A stretch of DNA of 64,000 nucleotides from a virus (lineage: Duplodnaviria; Heunggongvirae; Uroviricota; Caudoviricetes): IMG/VR virus record IMGVR_UViG_2785510761_000002. One strand, written 5' to 3'. The notes under the pieces are model-generated. The model had not been told where the DNA came from, made no database searches, and saw only the letters and a list, made by a program, of their open reading frames with translations. Positions 36,652 through 46,139 of the stretch are shown piece after piece. Within the stretch, counting starts at the first letter, position 1; every line of letters starts with the position of its first letter. Both the position numbers and the translations under genes were made by a program.

Positions 36652-37854
36652 ATGAATACGAGCACCATTCTCCGCGGAGACGCGTTGGAGTACCTCCGGG
36701 ATCTTCCCGATAACTCCGTCGACTCCATTTGCACTGATCCGCCATACGGCCTGTCTAGTACTAGCTCTCAGCAGGTGACCGAGACGCTCAGCCGTTGGCT
36801 TGACGGAGAGCGTGATTTTGTGCCGCAGGCTCGGGGCTTCATGGGCCGCAGTTGGGATGCCTTCGTTCCTCCTCCAGCCGTATGGGACGAGTGTTTGCGC
36901 GTGCTAAAGCCGGGTGGCCATATTGCAGTGTTCGCCGGCGCACGCACCCAAGACCTCATGGGCATGTCAGTGAGGCTGGCCGGGTTTGAGATGCGCGACG
37001 GCCTCGGCTGGGCAAGATCAGGCGGCATGCCGAAGACCCAGGATCTTGGGAAGCAGATGGCGAAAGCCGGGATCGAGGGATCGGAGAAGTTCGCCGGATG
37101 GAGCGCCGGGCTCAAGCCTGCCATCGAACCGATCCTGTTGGGGCGTAAGCCGTTCAAGGGGTCATTGACCCTTAACGCCGCGGACCACGGTACGGGCGCA
37201 CTGAACATCGATGCAACCCGAATCGTTCACCGCTCAGAGGCTGATCGGGCGGAGTCTGAAGGCAAGAACCGTCACGCGCAGTACGGCACCGCTCCAGGGC
37301 GCAATGACGTGTTCGGTGACTACTCCATGATCAAGTCGAAAGACTACGACGGCGCTCAGGGTCGTTGGCCCTCAAACCTGATCATCGACGACATTCAAGC
37401 TGAGCTGCTTGACCGCCAGTCTGGCACTTCAAGGAGCCGGAAGGGGGAGCCTCGGCGGTCGGCCGAACCTGGAAACGGGTGGGGGGCCACCAAGACCGGT
37501 GCGGAGTACGACGACGAGGGTGGAGCGTCCAGATTCTTCCTGGTCACCGACCGGCTGGACAACCTCGAGACCAGGCTGATTTTCGCCCCTCGGGCCAATG
37601 CCGCTGAGCGTCCGGTGGTCAATGGTGTCCAGCACAGCACGGTGAAGCCTCTGAGCCTCATGAGGTATCTCGCGAAGCTCATCACTCCGAATGGCGGCGT
37701 GATTCTTGAGCCGTTCGCAGGGTCAGGAACCACCGTCGAAGCCGCGCTGCTCGAGGGTTTCAGAGTTGTCGCGATCGAGCGTGAGCCGGACTACTGGCCG
37801 CTCATCGAGCAGCGCGTGCAGCGAGCGGCCGCAGGCATAGAGGTGGCCGCGTGA
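36652..37854 (+). CDS. DNA methyltransferase, beta-class amino-MTase (N4-cytosine or N6-adenine)
   Basis: Motif IV DPPYG near the N-terminus and motif I EPFAGSGTT near the C-terminus (circularly permuted beta class). Start at internal ATG MNTSTILRGD. No adjacent restriction endonuclease seen. Confidence 0.8.
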   Translation: MNTSTILRGDALEYLRDLPDNSVDSICTDPPYGLSSTSSQQVTETLSRWLDGERDFVPQARGFMGRSWDAFVPPPAVWDECLRVLKPGGHIAVFAGARTQDLMGMSVRLAGFEMRDGLGWARSGGMPKTQDLGKQMAKAGIEGSEKFAGWSAGLKPAIEPILLGRKPFKGSLTLNAADHGTGALNIDATRIVHRSEADRAESEGKNRHAQYGTAPGRNDVFGDYSMIKSKDYDGAQGRWPSNLIIDDIQAELLDRQSGTSRSRKGEPRRSAEPGNGWGATKTGAEYDDEGGASRFFLVTDRLDNLETRLIFAPRANAAERPVVNGVQHSTVKPLSLMRYLAKLITPNGGVILEPFAGSGTTVEAALLEGFRVVAIEREPDYWPLIEQRVQRAAAGIEVAA

Positions 37855-38369
37855 AAGGCATGGCTGGTCATCAAAGTGCCCAAGCAGACACCACGACTTG
37901 GCTTACCCCTCCCGACATCATCGCCGACCTTGGGCCGTTCGGGCTCGATCCGTGCGCGGCGCCGGAGCCGAGACCATGGCCGACAGCCGACCGGCACATT
38001 GTGCTTCCTGAGGATGGACTTGAAGCTCACTGGGGAAGCGAGATGGTGTGGTGTAACCCACCATACGGTCGTGAGACCTGGGCATGGCTGGAGAAGCTCG
38101 CAGCACACCCCGCGGGTGGGATCGCTCTGATCTTTGCCCGCACGGAGACGGCCGGGTTTGTTGATCAGGTCTGGCAGCGCGCTGATGCGTTGTTTTTCAT
38201 CCACGGGCGCCTGCATTTTTATCGGGCTAACGGTGAGCGCGCTTCTGCTAACTCCGGAGCACCGTCTGTGCTCGTGGCATATGGTGCCGCGGCTGCTGCG
38301 CGGCTGCGCCGGACGCAGTTACCCGGCAGTTTCGTGCACTTGAAGCGGCGCGGGTCAGCGGCGGCATGA
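37851..38369 (+). CDS. phage-type DNA N6-adenine methyltransferase (Dam_phage-like)
   Basis: WCNPPYG motif. Small 172-aa size typical of phage Dam. Confidence 0.7.
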   Translation: MKGMAGHQSAQADTTTWLTPPDIIADLGPFGLDPCAAPEPRPWPTADRHIVLPEDGLEAHWGSEMVWCNPPYGRETWAWLEKLAAHPAGGIALIFARTETAGFVDQVWQRADALFFIHGRLHFYRANGERASANSGAPSVLVAYGAAAAARLRRTQLPGSFVHLKRRGSAAA

Positions 38370-40243
38370 GCGTCTTTCCCACGGCTCATGAGTTCCGTCG
38401 CCTGTCGCCGAAAGAGCGAACGGTCGCAGCTCTCTCGCTCATCCCCGAGGGCGGTAACTGGCGCGACCTACCGCGTGAGATCGGTGAGATCTGCATGGGA
38501 GGCGCCTTCCATTCAAGCGGCGGGAGGACGAGCTTCTTTCGCCGCCTGCACCGTGCATTCCCGGCGCCGACCATCGTCGGTTCCCCTGATCAAAAATCCA
38601 CATATCTCGGTCACCCCACCGAGAACCGCCCGATCGATGAAGACGAGGCGGCTCTGCTGCAGACATTCGTTGGTCATCCAACATTGCGGGAGAGCCAGTT
38701 GACCGGAGAGGTAGTAGCGCTGGACCTGTTCGCTGGAGCAGGTGGTTGGAGCACGGCATGCGCACGTATGGGCGTGGTCGAGCACGGAGTTGAGATCATG
38801 CCGGAGGCAAGAGCTACGCGCGAGGCGGCCGGCTTCTCCACAGTCTTCGAGGACGTCTGGGACGGTCTGGCGAACGATCAGCTGCTCAAACCTTGGGGCA
38901 ACCGGCAGCGCCTGCTGATCGCCAGCCCTCCCTGCCAGTCATTCAGCATGGCCGGCAAAGGTGCGGGACGAAAAGCGCTCGATGACGTACTTGCACTGAT
39001 TAGTGAACGAGCGTACGAGCTCCCCGGCGACGGCTTGCGAGAGCGCGCCTCAGAACTTGGGCTGGACGACCGCACCGCACTCGTGCTGTCACCGCTGGCC
39101 TACATTTTCAGGCACCGCCCTGACTACGTGGCACTCGAGCAGGTGCCGACCGTTCTTCCTGTCTGGCGAGCGTATGTCGATGTGCTCAAAACGATGGGGT
39201 ATAGCGCAGCAGCGGAAACGCTGACGGCTGAAATGTTTGGTGTTCCTCAGACACGGAAGCGAGCGATTCTGGTTGCCTCGCTGCACCATGCAGCGAAGCT
39301 ACCGCAACCCACGCATTCGCGGTACTACCCACGAGACCCTCAGCGACTCGACGAGGGCGTGCTGCCCTGGGTGTCGATGGCTGAAGCGCTCGGGTGGGGC
39401 ATGACAGAGCGCCCCTACATGACCGTCGCGACCGGCACAGAAACTGGAGGCACCGACCCGGCTGCGCTCGGAGGATCCGGGGCACGCAGGACGGTATACG
39501 CCGAGCGCGGGCGCGGCGCCTGGAAGCTGCACGGGGATGCGGACAACAATTGCGGGATACTACGACTGAGCGAGGGAGAGGCTTTCGCCATCCAAACTTT
39601 CCCGCGCGTGCTGCGGCCGGAGGTGGAGGCGTTCTCCGATAAGGGTACTCCTGCCACGACCATCGCCGGGGATCCGCGCTGCTGGCCCAGAGGGCATCGA
39701 GTCAACTCGGACGATATTCGCCGTCTGGGTGAGGAGGAAGCCCGCCAGCGATACGGCGACCGTGCCGGCACCGGTTCGGTGAAACTGACCGAAGAAGAAG
39801 CCGCTGCGTTGCAGACTTTCCCGCGGGTAGAAGAAGGGCCGAGTCGAGTGGCGTGGCCCTTCGAGCGCCCTGCACAAACGGTGGTGGGCACCCGCCGGTC
39901 CGAGCAGGGGATCCTAGTTGGCCGGCAGCTGATGGATGAATCGCGTCGAGACCGTGGCGGGAAGCAGGGCGGTGTTGGGTTGAAGCCCGGACAGCTGCCC
40001 GGCGTGAGAGTTGAGCAGGAGGGGGCTCAGGCGTTGCAGACTTTCAGTCGCGCATTCCCTTTTCAGGGATCACGCTCGAAGCGCTTCCTGCAGATCGGCA
40101 ACGCAGTTCCGCCGCTACTGGCTGAGGCCGTGCTGTGTGCTCTGCTGCATGACCCTGAGCTGGTGAGGTCATCGAAGAATGTGCTGGCGCGTGATGTGGA
40201 AAAGGCGATCGCTGAGATCGAACGAGAGGAAGTGGCAGTCTGA
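38366..40243 (+). CDS. DNA cytosine-5 methyltransferase
   Basis: Motif I DLFAGAGGWS, motif IV PPCQSFSMAGKG, motif VI-like ALEQVP, motif X QIGNAVPP. Confidence 0.85.
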   Translation: MSVFPTAHEFRRLSPKERTVAALSLIPEGGNWRDLPREIGEICMGGAFHSSGGRTSFFRRLHRAFPAPTIVGSPDQKSTYLGHPTENRPIDEDEAALLQTFVGHPTLRESQLTGEVVALDLFAGAGGWSTACARMGVVEHGVEIMPEARATREAAGFSTVFEDVWDGLANDQLLKPWGNRQRLLIASPPCQSFSMAGKGAGRKALDDVLALISERAYELPGDGLRERASELGLDDRTALVLSPLAYIFRHRPDYVALEQVPTVLPVWRAYVDVLKTMGYSAAAETLTAEMFGVPQTRKRAILVASLHHAAKLPQPTHSRYYPRDPQRLDEGVLPWVSMAEALGWGMTERPYMTVATGTETGGTDPAALGGSGARRTVYAERGRGAWKLHGDADNNCGILRLSEGEAFAIQTFPRVLRPEVEAFSDKGTPATTIAGDPRCWPRGHRVNSDDIRRLGEEEARQRYGDRAGTGSVKLTEEEAAALQTFPRVEEGPSRVAWPFERPAQTVVGTRRSEQGILVGRQLMDESRRDRGGKQGGVGLKPGQLPGVRVEQEGAQALQTFSRAFPFQGSRSKRFLQIGNAVPPLLAEAVLCALLHDPELVRSSKNVLARDVEKAIAEIEREEVAV

Positions 40244-40569
40244 TGGGTGATGCGAGATCGACTATCGAGAGATACAAGCGCAGCAATGATGAGCTACGCG
40301 AAAGTAACGAGAAACTGACGCGTAAGATCGCCGGTCTCTCGGAGGAGATCGTGGGGCTTCAGCGATCCAGAGATCGATGGAGACAACGCGCTGAGACCGC
40401 TGAATCCAACATGAAAATTACCGCACAAGACGGGCAGCTGGAAGAGGTGCGCAGACTGGTCAGAGAGGCCCACATCGAAGCCCAGGCTCTCGGCGGGCCG
40501 GAAACCGTCGCGACCATCCCGGTGTCAGCCCTTGCCGAGCTCCTGCTTCCCAGAACCGTTCGCCGGTAA
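40243..40569 (+). CDS. hypothetical coiled-coil protein
   Basis: 108-aa ORF starting at the ATG overlapping the MTase stop. Helical heptad-like sequence. Confidence 0.45.
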   Translation: MGDARSTIERYKRSNDELRESNEKLTRKIAGLSEEIVGLQRSRDRWRQRAETAESNMKITAQDGQLEEVRRLVREAHIEAQALGGPETVATIPVSALAELLLPRTVRR

Positions 40570-40630
40570 CCACTCGCTTCCATTCGCGCCACGCGCGAAA
40601 TCTACGTGAAGTGACCGGGAGTGGAAGCGA

Positions 40631-40870
40631 GTGCTAGAAATCTACGCGGGGGGAATCATGAAAGAGGAGGACATGACCGAGCCAAAACCCGGCCCAAAAG
40701 TCTTTGAGGTGCATCGCCGCACGAAGGACGATGAACTGTTTGACGTGCTCACGGAGATTCCAGAGCCGTCTGACCGGTTCATGAGCGTGGCGATCCGTAG
40801 CCAGCGGACAGGTCGGACACATTGGGTGACCACCGGAGGCCTGATGAGGAAATACGATCGCATCAGCTAG
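40631..40870 (+). CDS. hypothetical protein
   Basis: 79-aa ORF. Confidence 0.35.
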   Translation: MLEIYAGGIMKEEDMTEPKPGPKVFEVHRRTKDDELFDVLTEIPEPSDRFMSVAIRSQRTGRTHWVTTGGLMRKYDRIS

Positions 40871-40898
40871 CAGGTAGCTTCCGGGATACGATTGGGCC

Positions 40899-41180
40899 GT
40901 GCAGAGAGCCAGGATTCGATTTGTTGAGCGTATCTCCAAGGAGATGAGCGGTGCGGGCATTCCAGAGCTGAGAGAGCAGATTGAGGCGCAATGCCCTCCA
41001 GGATTTATGGCCGTATCTGCCCCGTACCGAAAATCTCCCGGGGAGAACGAGGATGCGATGCAGGTGACCGCAACGTACGAACGGCGTGACAGCATGCGAG
41101 AGATCGAGGGGGAGACCCGCGAAGAACTCGATGCCCAAGTCCCGGAGGGCTGGCAAGTACTCGGCATCTGGAGAGACTGA
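40899..41180 (+). CDS. hypothetical protein
   Basis: 93-aa ORF. Confidence 0.4.
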   Translation: MQRARIRFVERISKEMSGAGIPELREQIEAQCPPGFMAVSAPYRKSPGENEDAMQVTATYERRDSMREIEGETREELDAQVPEGWQVLGIWRD

Positions 41181-41181
41181 G

Positions 41182-41191
41182 CCGCGCATTC
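41182..41191 (+). promoter_or_regulatory. CCGCGCATTC motif instance upstream of the 41238 gene
   Basis: Intergenic, about 50 nt upstream of the ATG. A second copy, GCCGCGCATAC, sits upstream of the 41575 gene. Confidence 0.4.
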
Positions 41192-41237
41192 AACGATCAA
41201 GTCGGGAAACGCCTGGCTGAGATAGCGGAGTCATCCA

Positions 41238-41519
41238 ATGGCAACATTTGCAGAGCTCGGCGAGAACGCAAAGATTCTTCGGACATTCAACCCCGAACAC
41301 GATCCGTTCGCTAGCGATGGTGAGTTCACCGTGGCGGCCACGGTTCTCGGGATCACCTATATCTACGTTCTCCAAGGGAAATTCGAGGATCCGGACGCTG
41401 TGATCGTGCGCCGGTACTGGCACCAGCCGGGAAAGCAGACCATTGTGTATGAAGGAGATGGCATTCTCGGAGGCGGATTTCGACTGACGCGCGAGGTGCG
41501 GCCAGGCGTGTGGCGCTGA
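41238..41519 (+). CDS. hypothetical protein
   Basis: 93-aa ORF. Confidence 0.4.
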   Translation: MATFAELGENAKILRTFNPEHDPFASDGEFTVAATVLGITYIYVLQGKFEDPDAVIVRRYWHQPGKQTIVYEGDGILGGGFRLTREVRPGVWR

Positions 41520-41574
41520 GCCGCGCATACGTACACCTGACCCCGGAACGGCCGGGATAGCAGGAGGGTAGAAA

Positions 41575-41781
41575 TTGTCTCAAATCACACTTCACGCACA
41601 GTATGACGATGGTCTATGGACAGTGGTCGATACCGGCTCACGCAGATGGTGGACATCAACTGGATCGAACGATCAGGCACACATTGTCAACGAGAAGCTT
41701 GCGCCTGTGCAGGCGAGCTCGGCACTTGGCCGTAAGATCCGCGCTGCGGTGGCCGCTGAGGAGCGGAAGGAGTCCCCATGA
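41575..41781 (+). CDS. hypothetical protein
   Basis: 68-aa ORF. Confidence 0.35.
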   Translation: MSQITLHAQYDDGLWTVVDTGSRRWWTSTGSNDQAHIVNEKLAPVQASSALGRKIRAAVAAEERKESP

Positions 41782-42365
41782 CTCGGAGAATTCACCGCAG
41801 CGCTCAGGAGCTCCACGACGCCTTCGACCTATTCACCGGCGAACTGATTGGGGCTGGCGCGAGCTTCGTCCAGGTGGGCGCAGTTGCTCATGGCTTAGCT
41901 GATCACAGCCACTGTTCCCGCGTCGTGGAGCTGCTCCGTGAAAGCAATGTCCCCGCACAGACGCTCCGCAGTTACTTCGCGGACATCGCCCATGTACTGC
42001 GCGGCCGCGATGTTGACGGCGGAGCATCCTGGGGTGCAGAACGCATCATGGCATCCCAGAGCGTATCGATGGGGACGGTCGCCCAGAGTGCTCTGCTTGG
42101 GCTTGGTTCGCACCCCACCTCCGCATCTGTCGTGGCCGGCATCTTCGACTCTTTCACCGTCGAGCACTGCGCGTTCATCTGCGAGAAGGTCATTAGGGAT
42201 CACCTGCTGCTTGAAGGCGGGGGAAGTGGAGAGAAATACTGGCCTGAGGTTACGAGCTTAGGCCGCTACTTCCACGCGCTCGGTGATGACGCTGACGGCG
42301 CGGCGCATGAAGAAGCCCGAGAGGAAGAACAACTCCCGGGCCGGCCCAAGCAGTCAGACAGCTGA
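41778..42365 (+). CDS. hypothetical protein (paralog of the 42354..42863 product)
   Basis: Shares GAVAHGLADHS and SMGTVAQSALLGLGSH blocks with the convergent neighbour. Confidence 0.45.
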   Translation: MTRRIHRSAQELHDAFDLFTGELIGAGASFVQVGAVAHGLADHSHCSRVVELLRESNVPAQTLRSYFADIAHVLRGRDVDGGASWGAERIMASQSVSMGTVAQSALLGLGSHPTSASVVAGIFDSFTVEHCAFICEKVIRDHLLLEGGGSGEKYWPEVTSLGRYFHALGDDADGAAHEEAREEEQLPGRPKQSDS

Positions 42366-42863
42366 TCTGCGACGCTTATGGTCAGCGACCATGCGCTCAA
42401 ACATCTGCCTCAACGCGTTGGTCTCCACCGCATCAGCGAGCGCATCGAGATGCTGTCGAATAGCCGCATGGTTTTTCAACTGCACCAGATGCAGCGCATG
42501 CCAGTGCGCTCCGAGAGCTCTCAGCACGCGTGACACCTGGTGGGATGCGGTCTGGTGGGAGACCCCCAGGATCGTCTCCTGCGCAACGGTTCCAAGGGCC
42601 ACCGCAGGAGCGGACATGATTCGATTGACCATTGATCTTTCGCTGGCGCTGAGATGTTCTGAAAGCACCACGTTCACCCCGAGCGACACCAGGTAGCTGG
42701 ACAGTGCGTCGGCGCTGCCATTCGAGGAATCCACCATCTCGAATACCTGGGTATCGTCAGCGAGTCCGTGTAGCACGGCGCCGAACTCAGACCAGCCTGC
42801 GCCGGACTCGGACATGAGACGTGCTGCGCACTCCTCTGTGGTTATGGAGACGGATTCGGTCAT
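42354..42863 (-). CDS. hypothetical protein (paralog of the 41778..42365 product)
   Basis: Start at the internal M (MTESVSITTEEC). GAVLHGLADDT and ALGTVAQETILGVSH blocks. Confidence 0.45.
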   Translation of the reverse strand: MTESVSITTEECAARLMSESGAGWSEFGAVLHGLADDTQVFEMVDSSNGSADALSSYLVSLGVNVVLSEHLSASERSMVNRIMSAPAVALGTVAQETILGVSHQTASHQVSRVLRALGAHWHALHLVQLKNHAAIRQHLDALADAVETNALRQMFERMVADHKRRRSAV

Positions 42864-43261
42864 ACTGGCTCGCCTTTCATTCGTCGTCGATCTTGCATGG
42901 TGTTGCGCAGCCGCCAAAGCGGCCAGAAGAGCGTTTTGAACCACCACCAGTCAGGATCAAATGCCCTGAACCCAAGCGGCCACGTTCTGGTGCCACATGA
43001 GGTGCAGGTGTGGATCTGCCAGTGCACTCGGTTCGTCGCCCGTCGATAGGTTCGCTTTTCAGCTGCGGTCGCTGGTTCATCGTCGTAGAAGCCCGGAAAC
43101 TGATCGTCAATCGCTCTGAGCGCCGCGTAGTAGCCCGAGCTTCCGCCAGGACACTCAGGCAGGTGTTTCTCCCACGGGTACGACAGGTCCATCCCCGCAC
43201 CGCTCCAGGCAGGGCAGCGGTTGCGCTTGTTGTAGTCCTTGCGGACTGTGCGTCCGGTCAC
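42860..43261 (-). CDS. hypothetical Trp-rich protein
   Basis: 133-aa ORF with a 4-nt overlap with its neighbours. Confidence 0.4.
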   Translation of the reverse strand: MTGRTVRKDYNKRNRCPAWSGAGMDLSYPWEKHLPECPGGSSGYYAALRAIDDQFPGFYDDEPATAAEKRTYRRATNRVHWQIHTCTSCGTRTWPLGFRAFDPDWWWFKTLFWPLWRLRNTMQDRRRMKGEPV

Positions 43262-43962
43262 GGCGCTACCACCCGATCTTCAAGCGGCCAGCCTGGGTTG
43301 ATGTACGCATCAGCATTTCCCTTCATGCGGAGGTACCCCTGGAAGTTGATGGCCTGCTCCCGCTTCCAGGAGGTCTGTGCGCGCATGAGATTGTCAGTGA
43401 CTGAGAGCCCGAGACGACGAACCATGGCTTGCAGGAGCCGTCCTGCGGCCACAGCGTCAGCTTCTGCGTCGTGGGCGTTCTCAAACGGAACCCCATACGC
43501 CTCAGTGGTGGCCGTGAGAGTGCGTTTACCCTTCCGATACTTGTCGAAGTGCTTGTCAATGACGTGCGGATCGACAATCAGCGATGGCAGCTTGAAGTCG
43601 ATGCCGTAACGTTCACATTCCGCCCGCAGGATGGAAAAGTCGAACACCGCGTTGAACGCGACAACCGGTAGCCCAGACGCGAGGACGCTCTCGAGGATTT
43701 CCCGAACTCCGGTCGCCGCGTCCGACCCTTCTGACTTGGCGCGCGCGTCCGAGACGCCGTGCACTTCGGTGGCTTTTGGATCAATTGGGAAATCTGGGTT
43801 GAGTAGCCAGGAGGCCCGCTCCTCAACAGCCCCGTGCTCGTTGAGTATCGCGACGGTCGCGGTGACGATGCGATCCGTTCCCGCCGTAACGCCTGTGGTT
43901 TCCGTGTCGAACACCGCAATGTTGCGTGCCCACTCCGGCAGGTCTGTCGTGGTCATTTTCAC
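43258..43962 (-). CDS. DEDDh 3'-5' exonuclease (DnaQ/epsilon-like)
   Basis: Exo I AVFDTETTG, Exo II VAFNAVFDFSIL, Exo III H..AEADAVAAGRLL. Confidence 0.8.
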   Translation of the reverse strand: MKMTTTDLPEWARNIAVFDTETTGVTAGTDRIVTATVAILNEHGAVEERASWLLNPDFPIDPKATEVHGVSDARAKSEGSDAATGVREILESVLASGLPVVAFNAVFDFSILRAECERYGIDFKLPSLIVDPHVIDKHFDKYRKGKRTLTATTEAYGVPFENAHDAEADAVAAGRLLQAMVRRLGLSVTDNLMRAQTSWKREQAINFQGYLRMKGNADAYINPGWPLEDRVVAP

Positions 43963-43998
43963 CTTCCCGTGGCCTACATGTCAGAGCCATCGTCAGGT

Positions 43999-44008
43999 GA
44001 ATGCGCGG
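43999..44008 (-). promoter_or_regulatory. CCGCGCATTC motif instance upstream of the exonuclease gene
   Basis: About 36 nt upstream of the ATG at 43962. Confidence 0.4.
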
Positions 44009-44261
44009 CAACAACATTCCCGGTACTGAGAGGTGGGCTTCCGTCCATGGAGGCCACCTAAGGGAAGTGGATGGTTTCACTTAGTCCGATGCGATCTGGT
44101 TGAAGGACAAGCCGCCCCGCGCGTCCCGAGAAACGTCCCAGATGGCGATGTTGTAGCCAGCGTGAGTCAACCAGACCGCGACGGAGTGAAGTGAAGTCGA
44201 GCCACAGGGATCCGAGGCTCAATCCCGGATGTACATGCCATCGATCCCTGGTGACGCTCGG

Positions 44262-44495
44262 TCAGGCAGGCCCATCTGTGAGCAGGTGTCGATCGTCTAC
44301 CCACCTGGATGACTGCGGCAGCAGGTTAGCCTCAACGCGGTTCGCGTGGTGACCACAGAACATGAGGTCGAGCCCCGTAGAGGACAGCGTGGCATGCACA
44401 TAGGCTGCGGCACCGCAAGCGTCGCATCGGTCGCTCAGTGTCAGCTGACGTTCGGTGCTCTGAACCTCGCTGGTCTTTGAGTCGGTGGTAGGCAT
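44262..44495 (-). CDS. hypothetical small Cys/His-containing protein
   Basis: 77-aa ORF. Preceded by a 13-bp perfect palindrome GTTCCGGGCAGCA..TGCTGCCCGGAAC and the CCGCGCATTT motif. Confidence 0.4.
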   Translation of the reverse strand: MPTTDSKTSEVQSTERQLTLSDRCDACGAAAYVHATLSSTGLDLMFCGHHANRVEANLLPQSSRWVDDRHLLTDGPA

Positions 44496-44551
44496 GATGC
44501 TCCTGTTCCGGGCAGCACCATGCTGCCCGGAACAAAATGCGCGGCATAGAT

Positions 44552-46039
44552 TCAGTTGCCGGATCGCTCCGCGAGCTCGTCGACAATCTGATGCGCCAGG
44601 GCTCGCAGTTCTGCGTCTGTCATGGGGCCGAGATCAGTGTCAGCGGTCGCAACCTCTCGCTCAACTTCACCGTCAGAAGAGACCGACACTGTCCCGCCGA
44701 CCTGGTTGCCGTTCGCGTCACGAAGCGTGATCGTGCCGTCCACTGCGATAGATGCTCTGTAGAGAATCGACTGCCTCTTACCGATGGTGGCGCTCCAAGA
44801 CCCGTCAGATGCAGGCACGACCTCAAACACGGTCAGGCCTGACGCTTGGTAGCCCTGCAGAACTCCACCAGTGATCGAGTCAGCTACCGCCGAGTTCGCT
44901 TGGCGGGCCTCGCCCTTGGGGTACAGGTGCACGGCGTAGTCGTTCAGTTCGCCTGCGCGGTGATGAGTTGCGTCTACAACACCAAGACCAACGATTGAGG
45001 AGCTCGAACCTCGGGGGTTCAGCGGGGTCACATACAGCTGCTTGTCGCCATCGGCCGAAGCCAAGCCAAACTCCGCCCGGTTCACACCGTTTGGGTCGCT
45101 GCCGTCCTTGCCGGTATCCTCCCAACCGACACGCTTGAACCAGTAGTCTGCGAGCGACCCGCTGGCCACAGTGGATTCGCGCTGTGCGGTGGCCACAGAC
45201 TGCGGGTACGCGGGCAGTTCGCCGTCATAGTCTCGTTCAATAGAGAGTTCACCTGACTTGCCGTTGTAGATCGCAACGCCGGCGGGCACACGTGTGGTCA
45301 CCGCGAACCCCTGTTGGCGGGTGAGTGGAGCGTAGATGTACGGCACATCGTCAACGCACACGGCAAACGCGTCGTCTTGGTTCGCGTGGGTTCCAAGCGG
45401 GGTGCGATGGTAGATCGCAGTTTGCAGGTTGTGCACCGGCCACACCCCACCGAACCGGAGCTTTGCGCGTGGATCAAAGTCGCAGAACGTGACATCCTTT
45501 GCGCCGGCCGTTCCATACAAAGGGGGAGTGAGAGTCTGAGTGGATTCGTATCCCTGGAACAGTCCACGTCGGATGACGGAGGTCGTGTACTCGCCGTTCT
45601 CCCCGGCTGCGGTGATCGAGCGTACCTTGCCGCTCACATCTCCAGTGGTCTCGCCGAGAGTGCGCTTGCTGGTGGCAGCAGCGACATCGAAAGGCGCACG
45701 CTCGCGAAAGCTCAGTTCCCCCGGAGGAGTCTCGCTCTGAAACACACTGGCCTCCTGGAGTGCGTTGAGCTGCCAGTACGGAAGGCTGACTCCTGCGAAT
45801 ATCGTCCATCCGGCTGCCAGCACCCCGATGAGAAAAGCAATGCCACCATTGTCTGATGCGGTGCATGTGATCACGATTATTGCAAGGATGATGAGCGGGA
45901 TGAACACCAGCCAAGAAGCGCGGAACCCGGACCAGAGGCCAACCAAAAATGCCGGGAAGAGCCACCAGATCAGGCCTCCCACCACCACGCAGACAGCCAG
46001 GCTGATGACCGCGCCAGCCAGAGAGTTGCTTTCACGCAA
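44552..46039 (-). CDS. hypothetical membrane-anchored protein (N-terminal TM helices, large extracytoplasmic domain)
   Basis: 495 aa, two or three N-terminal TM helices. RBS AAAGGAGC. CCGCGCATTC about 28 nt upstream. Confidence 0.55.
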   Translation of the reverse strand: MRESNSLAGAVISLAVCVVVGGLIWWLFPAFLVGLWSGFRASWLVFIPLIILAIIVITCTASDNGGIAFLIGVLAAGWTIFAGVSLPYWQLNALQEASVFQSETPPGELSFRERAPFDVAAATSKRTLGETTGDVSGKVRSITAAGENGEYTTSVIRRGLFQGYESTQTLTPPLYGTAGAKDVTFCDFDPRAKLRFGGVWPVHNLQTAIYHRTPLGTHANQDDAFAVCVDDVPYIYAPLTRQQGFAVTTRVPAGVAIYNGKSGELSIERDYDGELPAYPQSVATAQRESTVASGSLADYWFKRVGWEDTGKDGSDPNGVNRAEFGLASADGDKQLYVTPLNPRGSSSSIVGLGVVDATHHRAGELNDYAVHLYPKGEARQANSAVADSITGGVLQGYQASGLTVFEVVPASDGSWSATIGKRQSILYRASIAVDGTITLRDANGNQVGGTVSVSSDGEVEREVATADTDLGPMTDAELRALAHQIVDELAERSGN

Positions 46040-46069
46040 AATGAGCTCCTTTGAGTCGATGTGTCTTTG

Positions 46070-46079
46070 GAATGCGCGG
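46070..46079 (-). promoter_or_regulatory. CCGCGCATTC motif instance
   Basis: About 28 nt upstream of the 46039 start. Confidence 0.4.
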
Positions 46080-46139
46080 CTCAGCGCAAAAACAACGGCC
46101 GCTCAACCCGTGAAGTTGAGCGGCCGTTGTTTTTGAGGA

